The position numbers and the translations under genes were made by a program. The notes under the pieces are model-generated. The model was not told the origin of the DNA and did no database searches. It saw nothing but the letters and a program-made list of their open reading frames with translations. Below, in pieces: positions 39,178 through 49,486 of a stretch of 64,000 bases of DNA (positions are counted from its first letter, which is position 1; every line of letters starts with the position of its first letter). This DNA is from Planctomycetota bacterium (GTDB lineage: Bacteria > Planctomycetota > PLA2 > JAEUHO01). The stretch spans positions 448,001-512,000 of the forward strand of contig CBDCTJ010000001.1 in assembly GCA_965222115.1 (NCBI GenBank). Reading direction: 5' to 3'.

Positions 39178-40064
39178 TGCAGGCATCGTCGCTGCCCCTC
39201 CCACGCAGGCCGCTTCCGATTTCTGCGCGCGGATTGGTGCTCGTGGGGCTCTTGCTAGCCGCTGTGTGGAGTTGGTGGACGCTTGGATTGAGCCCCAGCG
39301 ACTTCGTACCTCATGATGGTGGGCTGGAGATCACCAAGCGCTTCTTTGCGAGCGCCGTGTCGCCGGCCACAACGCACGAAGGTGTTGAGGTGATCGGACG
39401 ACCGGGCATCTTCGTAGAAGCGCTTGAGGCCATTGGCAAAACGATCCTCATCGCGGCTGCAGCGATGAGCATCGCAATACCGATGGGACTGTTATTTGGG
39501 TTGGCCGCGACCTCGGCATGGGTCAGTCCGACCGGTGTACGCCGCACGGGCCCGCTTGCCACCGTGATGCGCGCTTTGTTGCGTGTGATTTGGGCCGCCG
39601 CACGAGTTTGGATCGCATGCGTTCGCTCGATTCACGAGCTGTTCTGGGCCTTTCTCTTTATGGCCACCATCGGTCTCTCGGAGACGGCCGCCGTGCTGGC
39701 TCTTGCAATTCCTTACTCGGGCGTGCTCGGCAAAATCTACGCGGAAATGGTGGACGAAGCGCCCCGTGATGCAGCGGGGGCGCTCCGCGCTGCAGGCGCC
39801 AGTCATGTACAGACGTTCCTGTTCGGTCTCTTGCCGCAAGCACTGCCCGATATGATTGCCTATTCTGTGTATCGATTTGAGTGTGCGATCCGCTCTTCGG
39901 CCGTGCTGGGCTTCTTTGGTGTGGCCACGATTGGCTACTACATCCATCAGTCGTTTCAGAGCGGCTTCTATCGTGAGGTGTGGACCTATCTCTATCTCTT
40001 GATTGTGGTCATCGTGCTCTTTGATGCGTGGAGCGGCGCGGTGCGGAGGCGATTGACCTCATGA
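39177..40064 (+). CDS. PhnE-like ABC permease 1
   Basis: RSIHELFWA, GVLGKIYAE, YRFECAIRSSAVLG. Confidence 0.88.
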   Translation: MQASSLPLPRRPLPISARGLVLVGLLLAAVWSWWTLGLSPSDFVPHDGGLEITKRFFASAVSPATTHEGVEVIGRPGIFVEALEAIGKTILIAAAAMSIAIPMGLLFGLAATSAWVSPTGVRRTGPLATVMRALLRVIWAAARVWIACVRSIHELFWAFLFMATIGLSETAAVLALAIPYSGVLGKIYAEMVDEAPRDAAGALRAAGASHVQTFLFGLLPQALPDMIAYSVYRFECAIRSSAVLGFFGVATIGYYIHQSFQSGFYREVWTYLYLLIVVIVLFDAWSGAVRRRLTS

Positions 40065-40984
40065 CACGCTCCACCACGGAACTCGCGACCAACGAACACG
40101 CGATTGCAGAGCTGCGACGAACGCGACCCACATCGCGCCTTCTACGATGGAGTGTTGTAGGTATTGCGCTCCTCATGGTCGGTTCGTGGATTCCACTCGA
40201 CGTCTCGCTAGACGACCTATTTAGTGAACGACGTCAACAAGCCATTGCGCGCTTCTTTGAAGACATTCGGCCCGCGCCACTACGCGACACATCGTGGGAC
40301 TTCGGCGTGGCAAGCACGTGGTTTCATACCTGCATGAATGAGGGCGGTGGCTGGAAGGCCGCGGAAACCACGCTCGCCGTTTCCATATTGGCCATCGTGC
40401 TTGCCGCATTGATCGGTGCGTTGCTCGCGCTACCCGCCGCGCGCAATGTGATGGCCAAGCGACCCTTCGCAGCGGGCGGCACGGTCGGGATTACGTCGCC
40501 CATCGTCGCCTGCACGCGCTTCGTGTTGGTGTTGTTGCGTTGTTTACCCGAGTACCTGCTGGCGTTTTTGTTTATCGGCATGTTCGGTCTTTCGGCCGTG
40601 CCGGCGGTGCTCGCGCTCGCCATTCACAATGCGGGCATTTTGGGACGACTCAACGCTGAAGTCATCGAGAACCTGCCGTCGGCACCGCTGCGCTCGTTGC
40701 GCGCGGCAGGCGGTACACGTCGCGCCATCGCGGTTTCCGCCATCTATCCCCTGTCGTTGCCACGTGGCCTGCTCTACTTCTTTTACCGCTGGGAGACGTG
40801 CATTCGCGAATCGACCGTGCTCGGACTCCTCAGCATCGCCACCCTCGGCGCGTTGGTGGCCGACGCCGAGGCACGCATGCGCTTTGACCGTATGTTTCTA
40901 TTCGTAATGGTCGGTGCGGTGATGGTCGTCGTGGTGGACTTGCTATCTGCCGTTGTTCGTGCGTGGGTGCGGCAAGCACGCTGA
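40061..40984 (+). CDS. PhnE-like ABC permease 2
   Basis: RCLPEYLLAF, HNAGILGRL, YRWETCIRESTVLG; ATGA overlap with the previous gene. Confidence 0.88.
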   Translation: MTRSTTELATNEHAIAELRRTRPTSRLLRWSVVGIALLMVGSWIPLDVSLDDLFSERRQQAIARFFEDIRPAPLRDTSWDFGVASTWFHTCMNEGGGWKAAETTLAVSILAIVLAALIGALLALPAARNVMAKRPFAAGGTVGITSPIVACTRFVLVLLRCLPEYLLAFLFIGMFGLSAVPAVLALAIHNAGILGRLNAEVIENLPSAPLRSLRAAGGTRRAIAVSAIYPLSLPRGLLYFFYRWETCIRESTVLGLLSIATLGALVADAEARMRFDRMFLFVMVGAVMVVVVDLLSAVVRAWVRQAR

Positions 40985-41092
40985 ATCGCCTTGACCCTCG
41001 CGAACGCGTGGCCGACATTCTCGCTCGCCGCGTAGCTTGTGTACTAAGCCATGTCGGTAGCGCGGGTGACGCTCTCGGCCCGGAGGTTGACC

Positions 41093-42064
41093 ATGACGAC
41101 GCACGCAACGTCTCAATCCACTGCCGCGCTCACGCGTGGCGACGTGGCCGCGGTCTATCGCATGCCCCTGTTGGAACTCGTGGCACGCGCGAGCGATGTG
41201 CACCGTCAACACTTTGATCCCAAGGATCTGCAGTGTTCGGCGCTGTTGAGCATCAAAACGGGCGCTTGTCCGGAAGACTGCGCGTATTGCCCACAGTCTG
41301 CTCATCACGGGACCGAACTCGAGCGCGAATCACTCTTGAGCGTGGACCAAGTTCGCGAAGCCGCCACGCGGGCCAAGAAAGCCGGCGCCGATCGATTTTG
41401 CATGGGCGCGGCGTGGCGCGATGTGCGCGATGGCGAGCCCTTCGAACGTGTGCTCGACATGGTGCGTGAGGTAAAGGGGCTCGGGCTCGAAACGTGTGCC
41501 ACGCTCGGCATGGTCACGCCCGAACAAGCTTCGCGACTGCGCGACGCGGGCCTGGATTACTACAATCACAACCTCGACACATCGCGCGAATACTACGACA
41601 ACATTATCTCCACGCGCACCTACGACGAACGGCTCGACACGCTGTCGGCGGTTCGCGACGCCGGCATGTCGGTTTGTTGCGGTGGCATCGTTGGACTCGG
41701 TGAGAGCGAAGACGATCGCATTGGATTGTTGCACGAACTCGCACGCCAGACGCCGCCTCCTGAAAGCGTACCCATCAATGCGCTGGTTGCGGTCAAGGGC
41801 ACGCCGCTCGAAAATCAACCGCCCATCGCGTGGGACGTTTTGGTTCGCACAGTCGCCGCGGCGCGCGTGCTCATGCCCACATCGATGGTGCGACTGAGTG
41901 CCGGTCGCATGAGTCTCACAGAGGAAGCGCAAGCACTGTGTTTTCTTGCCGGCGCCAACTCGATCTTCCTTGGTGATCAGCTACTGACCACGCCCAATCC
42001 CAAGCCCGACGCCGACCATGCGCTGCGCGAGAAACTCGGACTCGTCGCACGCGGCACGAAGTAA
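41093..42064 (+). CDS. bioB: Biotin synthase
   Basis: [46 protein letters not shown]; GGAGG RBS. Confidence 0.97.
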   Translation: MTTHATSQSTAALTRGDVAAVYRMPLLELVARASDVHRQHFDPKDLQCSALLSIKTGACPEDCAYCPQSAHHGTELERESLLSVDQVREAATRAKKAGADRFCMGAAWRDVRDGEPFERVLDMVREVKGLGLETCATLGMVTPEQASRLRDAGLDYYNHNLDTSREYYDNIISTRTYDERLDTLSAVRDAGMSVCCGGIVGLGESEDDRIGLLHELARQTPPPESVPINALVAVKGTPLENQPPIAWDVLVRTVAAARVLMPTSMVRLSAGRMSLTEEAQALCFLAGANSIFLGDQLLTTPNPKPDADHALREKLGLVARGTK

Positions 42065-42072
42065 CGCAATTT

Positions 42073-43926
42073 ATGACGCCCGACGATGCCTTATTCGCCG
42101 ATGCGCTGCATCAATGGGAAGCCTCGGGGCTCCGGCGCACGCTGGCCGAGATTGAAGGCGAAGACTTTTGCAGCAACGACTACTTGGGATTGGCGCACAA
42201 CCCCCACCTCGCGGAAGCCGCCATTCAGACCATTCGCGATTGGGGTACGGGCAGTCGCGCGGCGCGCTTGTTGGGTGGACAGCTTCCATTGCACCACGCG
42301 CTGGAAGCTGAGGCGGCCGCGTGGATGGGTGTCGACGCCGCGTTGTTGTTTCCAAGCGGATGGCAAGCCAACACCGGGTTGTTGTCGGCTTTGCCGGGAC
42401 CCAACGACGTCGTCCTAAGTGATCGCAACAATCACGCCTCGCTCATTGATGGCATGCGTTTGTCGCCTGCCGCGGTACGCATCTTTGCACACAACGATCC
42501 TACATCGCTGGAGCGCCAACTTGGCGACTTGAGTGGCTATGACCGTCGCTGGATCGTGGTGGAGTCTGTCTATTCCATGGACGGCTCATTTGCGCCGCTC
42601 GACGCTTACGCAGCACTCGCCAAAAAACATGATGCGTGGCTAATCGTGGACGAAGCACATGCGGCGGGTCTCTATGGCGACAAGGGACAAGGTCGTACTT
42701 CGTCCATGGACGACACGTCGCGCGTCGTTGCGCGCGTAATCACGGGCGGCAAAGCACTTGGCGTTGCGGGCGCATTGGTGGGTGGCTCACGTTCCCTGAT
42801 CGACTTGTTGATTCAACGCGCACGTTCGTTCGTGTTCACCACCGCCCCGATGCCCGCCATGGTTGGTGCGCTCCACGCATCGATTCGCGTAGTAACCGGT
42901 GCACATGAAGCCCGCGCGCACGTTCATCGCGCTGCGAGACGACTTCGAAGTGCATTGCCCGCGTCGTGGCTGGCAGCCGGCGAGAGTCCGATTGTTTTTC
43001 TCAGGTTGGGCGACCCGGAAACTGCGGTTGCGGCCGCAGCAAAGTTGCAAGACGACGGATTCTATGTGCGCGCCGTTCGCCCCCCCACCGTACGTCGCGG
43101 TGGTAGTGGACTTCGAATCGTGTGTCACGCCGATCACGACGATGAGACGATCGATCAACTCGCCTCGACCATTCGCCGCACGCTCGCCGGTCAAGACACC
43201 GCAACACCTAAGTTAGAGGCAGAGGTCGGCGCCAAGCGCCCGTCCATGATCGTTGTCGCGGGAACCGATACAGACGTCGGAAAGTCGGTCGTGAGCGCCG
43301 CGGCCATGTGCGCGTTGAAAAACGCACAACAACCTGCGATGTACTGGAAGGCGATCCAAACTGGAACGGCGTCGGACACGCAAGTCGTGACTGGACTTGC
43401 GCAGCTTGAAGCTCATCAATGGGCTAAACCCGCGCGCGAATTCGCCTTGCCTGCGTCGATGGATCAGGCAGCAAATGCTGAAGGTGCATTTGTCGGCGTT
43501 GCCGACCTCATGGACGCAAGTCGTCGAGTCAAATCCGAAGCACCCGCGGACGCAGTCATCGTTATCGAAACCGCTGGTGGCGTGCTGGTACCATTAAACG
43601 ATCACGAAGATCAGGGACAGTTTATTGATGAGTTGCGCGCACCGGTCGTGCTTGTCGCGCGAAGCGGACTCGGCACGCTCAACCACACGTTGCTCACCGT
43701 CGAGGCCCTGCGGAGACGCGGTGTACGTTTGGCGGCGCTGATACTTGTGGGTCCTAAGCACGAAGCCAATGTGCGCTCGCTCAGGCCACGTTTGGGCCCC
43801 ATTCCTCTGCTGTCGATGCCCCGCTTTGATCCCTTGACTCACGAATCCCTGAGCGCCTGGTGCCGGGACGCCTGTTTTCACGACATACTGATGCGTGCGC
43901 TAGGGCGACGCGAGGAACGCATGTGA
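42073..43926 (+). CDS. bioF-bioD: 8-amino-7-oxononanoate synthase / dethiobiotin synthetase fusion
   Basis: DFCSNDYLGL, NHASLIDG, ESVYSMDG, VDEAH, TGGKALG; then GTDTDVGKS, ETAGG, GLGTLNHTLL in one frame. Confidence 0.92.
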   Translation: MTPDDALFADALHQWEASGLRRTLAEIEGEDFCSNDYLGLAHNPHLAEAAIQTIRDWGTGSRAARLLGGQLPLHHALEAEAAAWMGVDAALLFPSGWQANTGLLSALPGPNDVVLSDRNNHASLIDGMRLSPAAVRIFAHNDPTSLERQLGDLSGYDRRWIVVESVYSMDGSFAPLDAYAALAKKHDAWLIVDEAHAAGLYGDKGQGRTSSMDDTSRVVARVITGGKALGVAGALVGGSRSLIDLLIQRARSFVFTTAPMPAMVGALHASIRVVTGAHEARAHVHRAARRLRSALPASWLAAGESPIVFLRLGDPETAVAAAAKLQDDGFYVRAVRPPTVRRGGSGLRIVCHADHDDETIDQLASTIRRTLAGQDTATPKLEAEVGAKRPSMIVVAGTDTDVGKSVVSAAAMCALKNAQQPAMYWKAIQTGTASDTQVVTGLAQLEAHQWAKPAREFALPASMDQAANAEGAFVGVADLMDASRRVKSEAPADAVIVIETAGGVLVPLNDHEDQGQFIDELRAPVVLVARSGLGTLNHTLLTVEALRRRGVRLAALILVGPKHEANVRSLRPRLGPIPLLSMPRFDPLTHESLSAWCRDACFHDILMRALGRREERM

Positions 43927-45191
43927 ACACCGATCCATCGTGGATGGGCATGGACGCGGCACACTGCTGGCATCCGTATACCCAACACGGCGTGGATCCC
44001 ACACCGCTCCCGGTCGTCGCCGCCAAAGAATCATGGCTCGAACTTGCCGACGGCACGCGCATGATCGATGCCATCTCGTCGTGGTGGTGTTGTCTACACG
44101 GACACGGACATCCCGTGTTGATTGAAGCACTTCGCAAGCAAGCCGAGACACTCGACCATGTTCTCTACGCAGGTTGTGCTCACGAGCCCGCTTCACGGCT
44201 CGCGCTTGAGCTTGTGAAGCGCGCGCCGCCCGGTCTCTCACGGGTGTTCTATAGCGACAACGGCAGTACGTCCGTAGAGGTGGCGCTGAAGGCTGCCTAC
44301 GCGACCGCGGTGCGCAACGGCGAAACCGATCGAACGACCTTTGTCGCACTACAGGGCGGATACCACGGCGACACCGTCGGTGCGATGTCGGTGGGCGATC
44401 CGGATCCCTTCTTCGCCAACTTCAAGGGCATGCTCTTTTCCGTTGTGCGCACGTCAACCGACCCCGACATGTTGACGGCCATCGTTGACGGTCTTGGAAA
44501 CAAGGTGGCGGGCATCATCGTGGAACCCGTCGTGCAGGGGGCGAATGGCATGACGGTCGTGCCCGACGAATTTTTGCAGACGGCACGTGCGCTGTGCGAT
44601 CGCAATGGCGCCCTGCTTATTGCCGACGAGGTGTTTACTGGCTTTGGCCGCACAGGGACCTTCTTCGCGTGTGAGCGCGCAGGCGTCAGTCCGGATGCGC
44701 TTTGCCTTTCCAAGGCGCTCACCAATGGCATGCTTCCGCTCGCCGCGACGCTCTTCCGCGAAACTACCTATCAGTCCTTTGTGAGTAGTGATCGCGAACA
44801 GATGTTTTTTCACGGCCACACGTTTACGGCCAACCCATTGGCGTGTGCCGTTGCGCTTGCTTCGCTTTCGCTCTTCGAAGAAAACGACACGTTGAAGCGT
44901 CTTGGCGCCATCGGAAGTCGTCTCGCTAAGCTCCTGGCTCCCTATCGCGACGACCCGCGCTTCGCGTTTCGACACATAGGCAACATCGTGGCCATTGAAA
45001 TTGTCGCCGAAGATGAAGGCTATCTCTCGGCCGTCGGTGAAACACTTCGCAGCGCATGCCGTGAACGTTCGAAGGACGTTCTGCTGCGTCCCATGGGAAA
45101 TGTGCTGTACGCCGTCCCCCCTGCGTCCACCACCACAGGCGAATGCGATCTGATTGCGGAGCGCATGACTGATGTGCTCTATTCCGTTTAG
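43923..45191 (+). CDS. bioA: Adenosylmethionine-8-amino-7-oxononanoate aminotransferase
   Basis: WHPYTQH, DAISSWW, DNGSTSVEVALK, YHGDT, ADEVFTGFGRTG, LSKALT, HGHTFTANP. Confidence 0.96.
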   Translation: MNTDPSWMGMDAAHCWHPYTQHGVDPTPLPVVAAKESWLELADGTRMIDAISSWWCCLHGHGHPVLIEALRKQAETLDHVLYAGCAHEPASRLALELVKRAPPGLSRVFYSDNGSTSVEVALKAAYATAVRNGETDRTTFVALQGGYHGDTVGAMSVGDPDPFFANFKGMLFSVVRTSTDPDMLTAIVDGLGNKVAGIIVEPVVQGANGMTVVPDEFLQTARALCDRNGALLIADEVFTGFGRTGTFFACERAGVSPDALCLSKALTNGMLPLAATLFRETTYQSFVSSDREQMFFHGHTFTANPLACAVALASLSLFEENDTLKRLGAIGSRLAKLLAPYRDDPRFAFRHIGNIVAIEIVAEDEGYLSAVGETLRSACRERSKDVLLRPMGNVLYAVPPASTTTGECDLIAERMTDVLYSV

Positions 45192-45273
45192 TGGGAATCC
45201 TAACGTCGGTACTGGTCTCGTCGTACTCGACTATGGCCAGGAGGCGTGCCAACGCGTTCGCGCAACCGCCGCG

Positions 45274-46188
45274 CTACTCAGGAACGACCAAATCCAATTC
45301 TTTGACTTCGCCGACTCCCACCACGACGCCTTCGGCGACCACGACGCCATTTTCGGCATCGGGAAGTCGCACCCAGAAATCGTAAGTGCCCGGTTCAAGC
45401 GCGACGGCGTAGGCGCCCTTGGCCGGCTCGCCTTCTTCCGTGGGCTCGCCGACACTAATCGTCGCGATGATTGGCTCAACCGACTCCTCGTCGCCGGCGT
45501 CGCGGACAGCCACTTCGGCGCCTTCGATGCCCAGCGCGCCGCTGTCCATGACAATGCCCATGACCAATGACGTCTCGGCCAAATTGATCGCACGAATCAC
45601 CGGACGAAAGATGACGCCGCCTTCGCCTGCCTTAAGCTCATTGCACGTGGGCTCACCACCGAGGCCCGTCGTATGAAAACTCTTGGTCAAGTCAACGTCG
45701 AGCAACAGTTCACTTGTTTGACCCGACGCCACAAGTAGCGGTGGGTCAATCTTGACTTTGATGCCACTACTCTGCCCGCTCGGCACCTTGAATGGCTGCG
45801 CCGGTGACCCATCGTCAAACTCAAGTTCGGCGCCATCAATCACAAGACGAACTTCGTCGTAGGCGCCTGTCGGCACTTCGATTGCTCCGAGTTGATCCGA
45901 CAAGCCGGCACGCAACTTCAACAGATCAATGCGCGTGGGCTCGTCCCCGTCCATGAGCGATAGCTCGGTCCAGCCACCTTCTTCCCCACCGCGAATATTG
46001 ACGCCCACCAAATCCACCCATGCGGCCGACACACAACCTTCGGTTGCCGGAAACGGTGCATCGGTGATGGAGAGCACCATAGTTCCGGTATCGTGACCAC
46101 CACCCCCGCTGCCACACGCGACGACGCCAAGCGAAAGTAGGCCGGCAAGCGCTAGGGCGCAAAAACGGATGGGAACTGATCGAAACAT
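45274..46188 (-). CDS. DUF4382-like lipoprotein
   Basis: Lipobox VVAC; LSITDAP, IDLLKL, KVPSGQSSGIK, LLDVDLTKS, FRPVIR. Confidence 0.8.
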   Translation of the reverse strand: MFRSVPIRFCALALAGLLSLGVVACGSGGGGHDTGTMVLSITDAPFPATEGCVSAAWVDLVGVNIRGGEEGGWTELSLMDGDEPTRIDLLKLRAGLSDQLGAIEVPTGAYDEVRLVIDGAELEFDDGSPAQPFKVPSGQSSGIKVKIDPPLLVASGQTSELLLDVDLTKSFHTTGLGGEPTCNELKAGEGGVIFRPVIRAINLAETSLVMGIVMDSGALGIEGAEVAVRDAGDEESVEPIIATISVGEPTEEGEPAKGAYAVALEPGTYDFWVRLPDAENGVVVAEGVVVGVGEVKELDLVVPE

Positions 46189-46411
46189 GAGTGCACTCCT
46201 GAAATGGGACCACCTACACAATTATCGCCTCCTCGACAGTACGATCGAGCATCTGAAGCGAAATAATGCTGATTCGGGTAGGCGTGCAGGGCGTCCTCCC
46301 AGAGAATCTTGGATGACGACTCGACTCAGTCTCAAACGCGATCTGGGGACCCGAGCCGATGTATCAGCCCTTTCCCGTGCCCGTATCCTTGGCTTTGGAG
46401 CATTTGCGTTG

Positions 46412-49381
46412 ATGAGAATCCACCTCGTCGTCCTCGTTGTAGTAGCGGCTTCCGTTCTGTTGTCGGCGCGCAGGCACGCCCAAGCGGAGCAGTACGAATC
46501 GGGATTACCCCCCGCCGGATGCTGGACCATGGAGGGTGGATCACCGGCGCGCTCGGGCGCGTCGCGCCTTCCGGGCATTCGCGATGGCGTGCTCGAGGCA
46601 TGGTCTCAAACCATCGGTGAGGACGGAGCGTCCATCGACGAAGAACCGCGAGTCTGGGACTACCGAATCTATGTGAGTGTCCGTAGCCCGAAGCACATGT
46701 CGTTGCACGTATTGGGGCTGAGCAACGGAAAACCACTGGCCGACCCGGTTACCGTCGAATCCAACCTCAAACTCGAACCCTCCGTATGGAATGACATCGT
46801 ACTGATTCGCACGGGGAGCCGATCGCTTGGTGCGTTTCGCCTCGCGGAGGGAACACTTGAAGAAATTTGGTCCGTAGAAACGGACGGCGATGTGTTTTCG
46901 CCAATGCTCATTGACGGCGACGTGTTTGCCTTGGTGGGCACCGACATCGTTTGCTGGTCGGTGAGAGACGAAAAGCAACCGCGTTGGCGCGCAAAGGGCG
47001 ACTACCGAGGTCCCTTGGCGTGTAGAGGGTACACGGTGTTGGCAAAGGTCATTGATGACCAGGGAAATCTCTACGCCGTACCACTGTATCGAGATCATCC
47101 TCTTGAGCGCAAACGTCTATTCCTTCGAACACTTTCATCGGCGGACAGGGGCCAACTCGGCAACATGGGCACCTTGGCCATTCACGACAAGCAGGTATTC
47201 GCTCACTTCCCGGTTCCCTTTCGATCCAAAGAGGACAATTCGGCACGCCACGTCATGTGGCTACGCCGTCTAGACGAATTTGGGGAACTTCAGAAGCTTG
47301 GGTGGATCGATCACATGAAGTTGCCCGTAGAAGTCGGAACGTCTTGGATCACGAGAGATCGAGACAAGCGCAATCGAGTTCAACTCATATTTTGTGAACT
47401 CGCCGAAGGCAAGACGGATGTCTACACCTCGTTCTCACTTTCTCAGGGAAAATACCACCGCAGTTACGCCACGACCCCGCGCCCATGTACCGCGGTAGAA
47501 GGCTGCGTATATTCCGGCGAGCGCGCGTTTGACCCAGTGACGCACAAGATCCTCTGGAACACGGGGAAAGACGCGCGCTTTCGTCTCGTCCCGGGACACA
47601 ACACGCTGCTTTCAGTACGCGGCCTACGACAACTTGTAGCGCTGCGATCCAAAGGCACGGCAGGCGCGCCGCTGTTTGTGGGGCCATCTAGCGTCATTGG
47701 CACCAAAGACGCCACCGAACCGGTTCGAACCCGCGGTATCGTCTACTTTGATGACGACTCGTGGCACGAGGGCGACTACGAGATTTCGCTCAATGGCGCA
47801 ACGCTCACAACCGTCACAGAGAGAAAGAAGCGCGAGAAGCGAAAACCGTTTGACGTGGGTCGTGTGCTATTTGCGTTGGACGAAAATCACGCGCTTGTGT
47901 ATGTGGCCTCGCCCATGGAGATCGAGCGACTGCTGGGGCGCTATCACTTCTATCGTCACCAAAAGGCCTACGTGAAGTTTGCGCGTGACGCGTTCCGCAC
48001 GGGTGACCCCAAGCTCATGGGCAAGTTCCTACGCGGTGCCGAGAACCGAGGCGCGACGAGGAAGGAACTCAAGTTCCCGTACAAGCAGCAACAGGCCTTG
48101 ATCAAGCGTCCCCGCAAGATCTCTGCCAAGAAAGTCAAAGCGTTGAACGACGCCGAGGCCGCGCTTCGCAAACAGGACGCCGCGATCACAGACGCTGCGA
48201 TGGTGAGCACGATCGACGATCCGCGATGGCCCATCCGGAAGATGTATTTGCGACGTCTACTGAAGCGTGACAAACCGCCCGCCAAGGCAGTTGCCATGGT
48301 TCGCGAACGCGTTCCTGCGTTCCTCATGCCCAAGGGCGAGTTCAACGCGCTTGAATGGCTCGATTTGGTCGACCAGTTTCAGCACACCACGATTCAACAG
48401 CTCAAGCCGCCCGAGGGTGAGTCGAGCGACCTTACACGCGTGGAACGAGAGTTTGGCTCGGCCCGACTGACGTGGCGCAAGGATCTCGTGGCCTTGGAGG
48501 CCAACCAGTTGCTCATTATGTCGCCCTTGGCAAAACCGGAACGCATTGCGGGCTGTCTTTCATTGGGCACGCTGGTTTGCGATGCCCTGGAACAAGTTTT
48601 TGAAAGCGGCAAAGCCGTCCGCACCGACCCATGGCCGCTCATGTTGCGCCTCTATGAGAACAAAGACGAATACATGCACGCTTGGCTTCAACCCAACACG
48701 CCAAGTTCCTACAAGAAGCGCATGGAGGATTCGGCCGGACACTTCGATCCCAGCGCGGGTATCTCTCGAATCTACTTTCCTCCCGATCGACGCGGATGGG
48801 CGAGCGTCATGGACACCTACGCCCACGAGCTAACTCATCACTGGATCGCTGAACGTTGCCCGCTGTTTCGCGACCAAGATCGAGGGCGAGTATCGGGGGG
48901 CGCCGGATATTGGATCGTTGAGGGCATCGCGGAGTTCATTGAGAGCTTTCGTTGGGATCTGGAAAACAGATCGTGGGACCCCCGCAATCCCTATTCGTTC
49001 CCGCTGGATATCGTCGGCAGCATTGACCCGGAGCATTTGTACAACTGGGACACGTTCTTCGCGATCAGCTCCACGTCGTTTTGGAAACTCGACTCGGAGA
49101 AGACTCGCTGCCACGTGCCCATGCGCTGGCGCATGGGACGCGAGTATCCGTTGGACGACACGCTCTTGTTCTACTGCCAAGCCGGCGCCACCTGTCACTA
49201 CCTCTACCAGGCCTCACCCGAACTGCGCACCGCCATGCTCAACTACGTTCGGGATCACTACACCGGAAAGCACAAACCAGGAAAGCACGACATTGAGCGC
49301 GTGTTCGGCATGTCCGCCGCCGAGCTTGGAAAACGTGTCGTGGACTACGCGCGAAGCGCCCTCAAGCCCGGCGCGAAGTAG
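46412..49381 (+). CDS. Secreted protein with PQQ-like beta-propeller and C-terminal zinc-peptidase-like domain
   Basis: Signal peptide; WTMEGGSPARSG and W-repeat propeller; AHELTHHW...WIVEGIAEF. Confidence 0.7.
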   Translation: MRIHLVVLVVVAASVLLSARRHAQAEQYESGLPPAGCWTMEGGSPARSGASRLPGIRDGVLEAWSQTIGEDGASIDEEPRVWDYRIYVSVRSPKHMSLHVLGLSNGKPLADPVTVESNLKLEPSVWNDIVLIRTGSRSLGAFRLAEGTLEEIWSVETDGDVFSPMLIDGDVFALVGTDIVCWSVRDEKQPRWRAKGDYRGPLACRGYTVLAKVIDDQGNLYAVPLYRDHPLERKRLFLRTLSSADRGQLGNMGTLAIHDKQVFAHFPVPFRSKEDNSARHVMWLRRLDEFGELQKLGWIDHMKLPVEVGTSWITRDRDKRNRVQLIFCELAEGKTDVYTSFSLSQGKYHRSYATTPRPCTAVEGCVYSGERAFDPVTHKILWNTGKDARFRLVPGHNTLLSVRGLRQLVALRSKGTAGAPLFVGPSSVIGTKDATEPVRTRGIVYFDDDSWHEGDYEISLNGATLTTVTERKKREKRKPFDVGRVLFALDENHALVYVASPMEIERLLGRYHFYRHQKAYVKFARDAFRTGDPKLMGKFLRGAENRGATRKELKFPYKQQQALIKRPRKISAKKVKALNDAEAALRKQDAAITDAAMVSTIDDPRWPIRKMYLRRLLKRDKPPAKAVAMVRERVPAFLMPKGEFNALEWLDLVDQFQHTTIQQLKPPEGESSDLTRVEREFGSARLTWRKDLVALEANQLLIMSPLAKPERIAGCLSLGTLVCDALEQVFESGKAVRTDPWPLMLRLYENKDEYMHAWLQPNTPSSYKKRMEDSAGHFDPSAGISRIYFPPDRRGWASVMDTYAHELTHHWIAERCPLFRDQDRGRVSGGAGYWIVEGIAEFIESFRWDLENRSWDPRNPYSFPLDIVGSIDPEHLYNWDTFFAISSTSFWKLDSEKTRCHVPMRWRMGREYPLDDTLLFYCQAGATCHYLYQASPELRTAMLNYVRDHYTGKHKPGKHDIERVFGMSAAELGKRVVDYARSALKPGAK

Positions 49382-49486
49382 TCGAGACGCCTCAATGCGC
49401 CGCCATCGCGGCCAAATCCGCCGCCTGCGAGAACTCAACGCGATCGATTACGTTTGATAGACTACAGCTTGTTGCGAGGAGACCCC

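Noticed and set aside
37411-40984. Phosphonate utilisation (phn) operon
   Set aside because: No phnG-M, phnX or ptxD nearby, and binding-protein motifs fit a different subfamily; gene symbols withheld.
40984-45191. Functional link between the putative Se importer and the biotin genes (selenobiotin)
   Set aside because: Only adjacency supports it.
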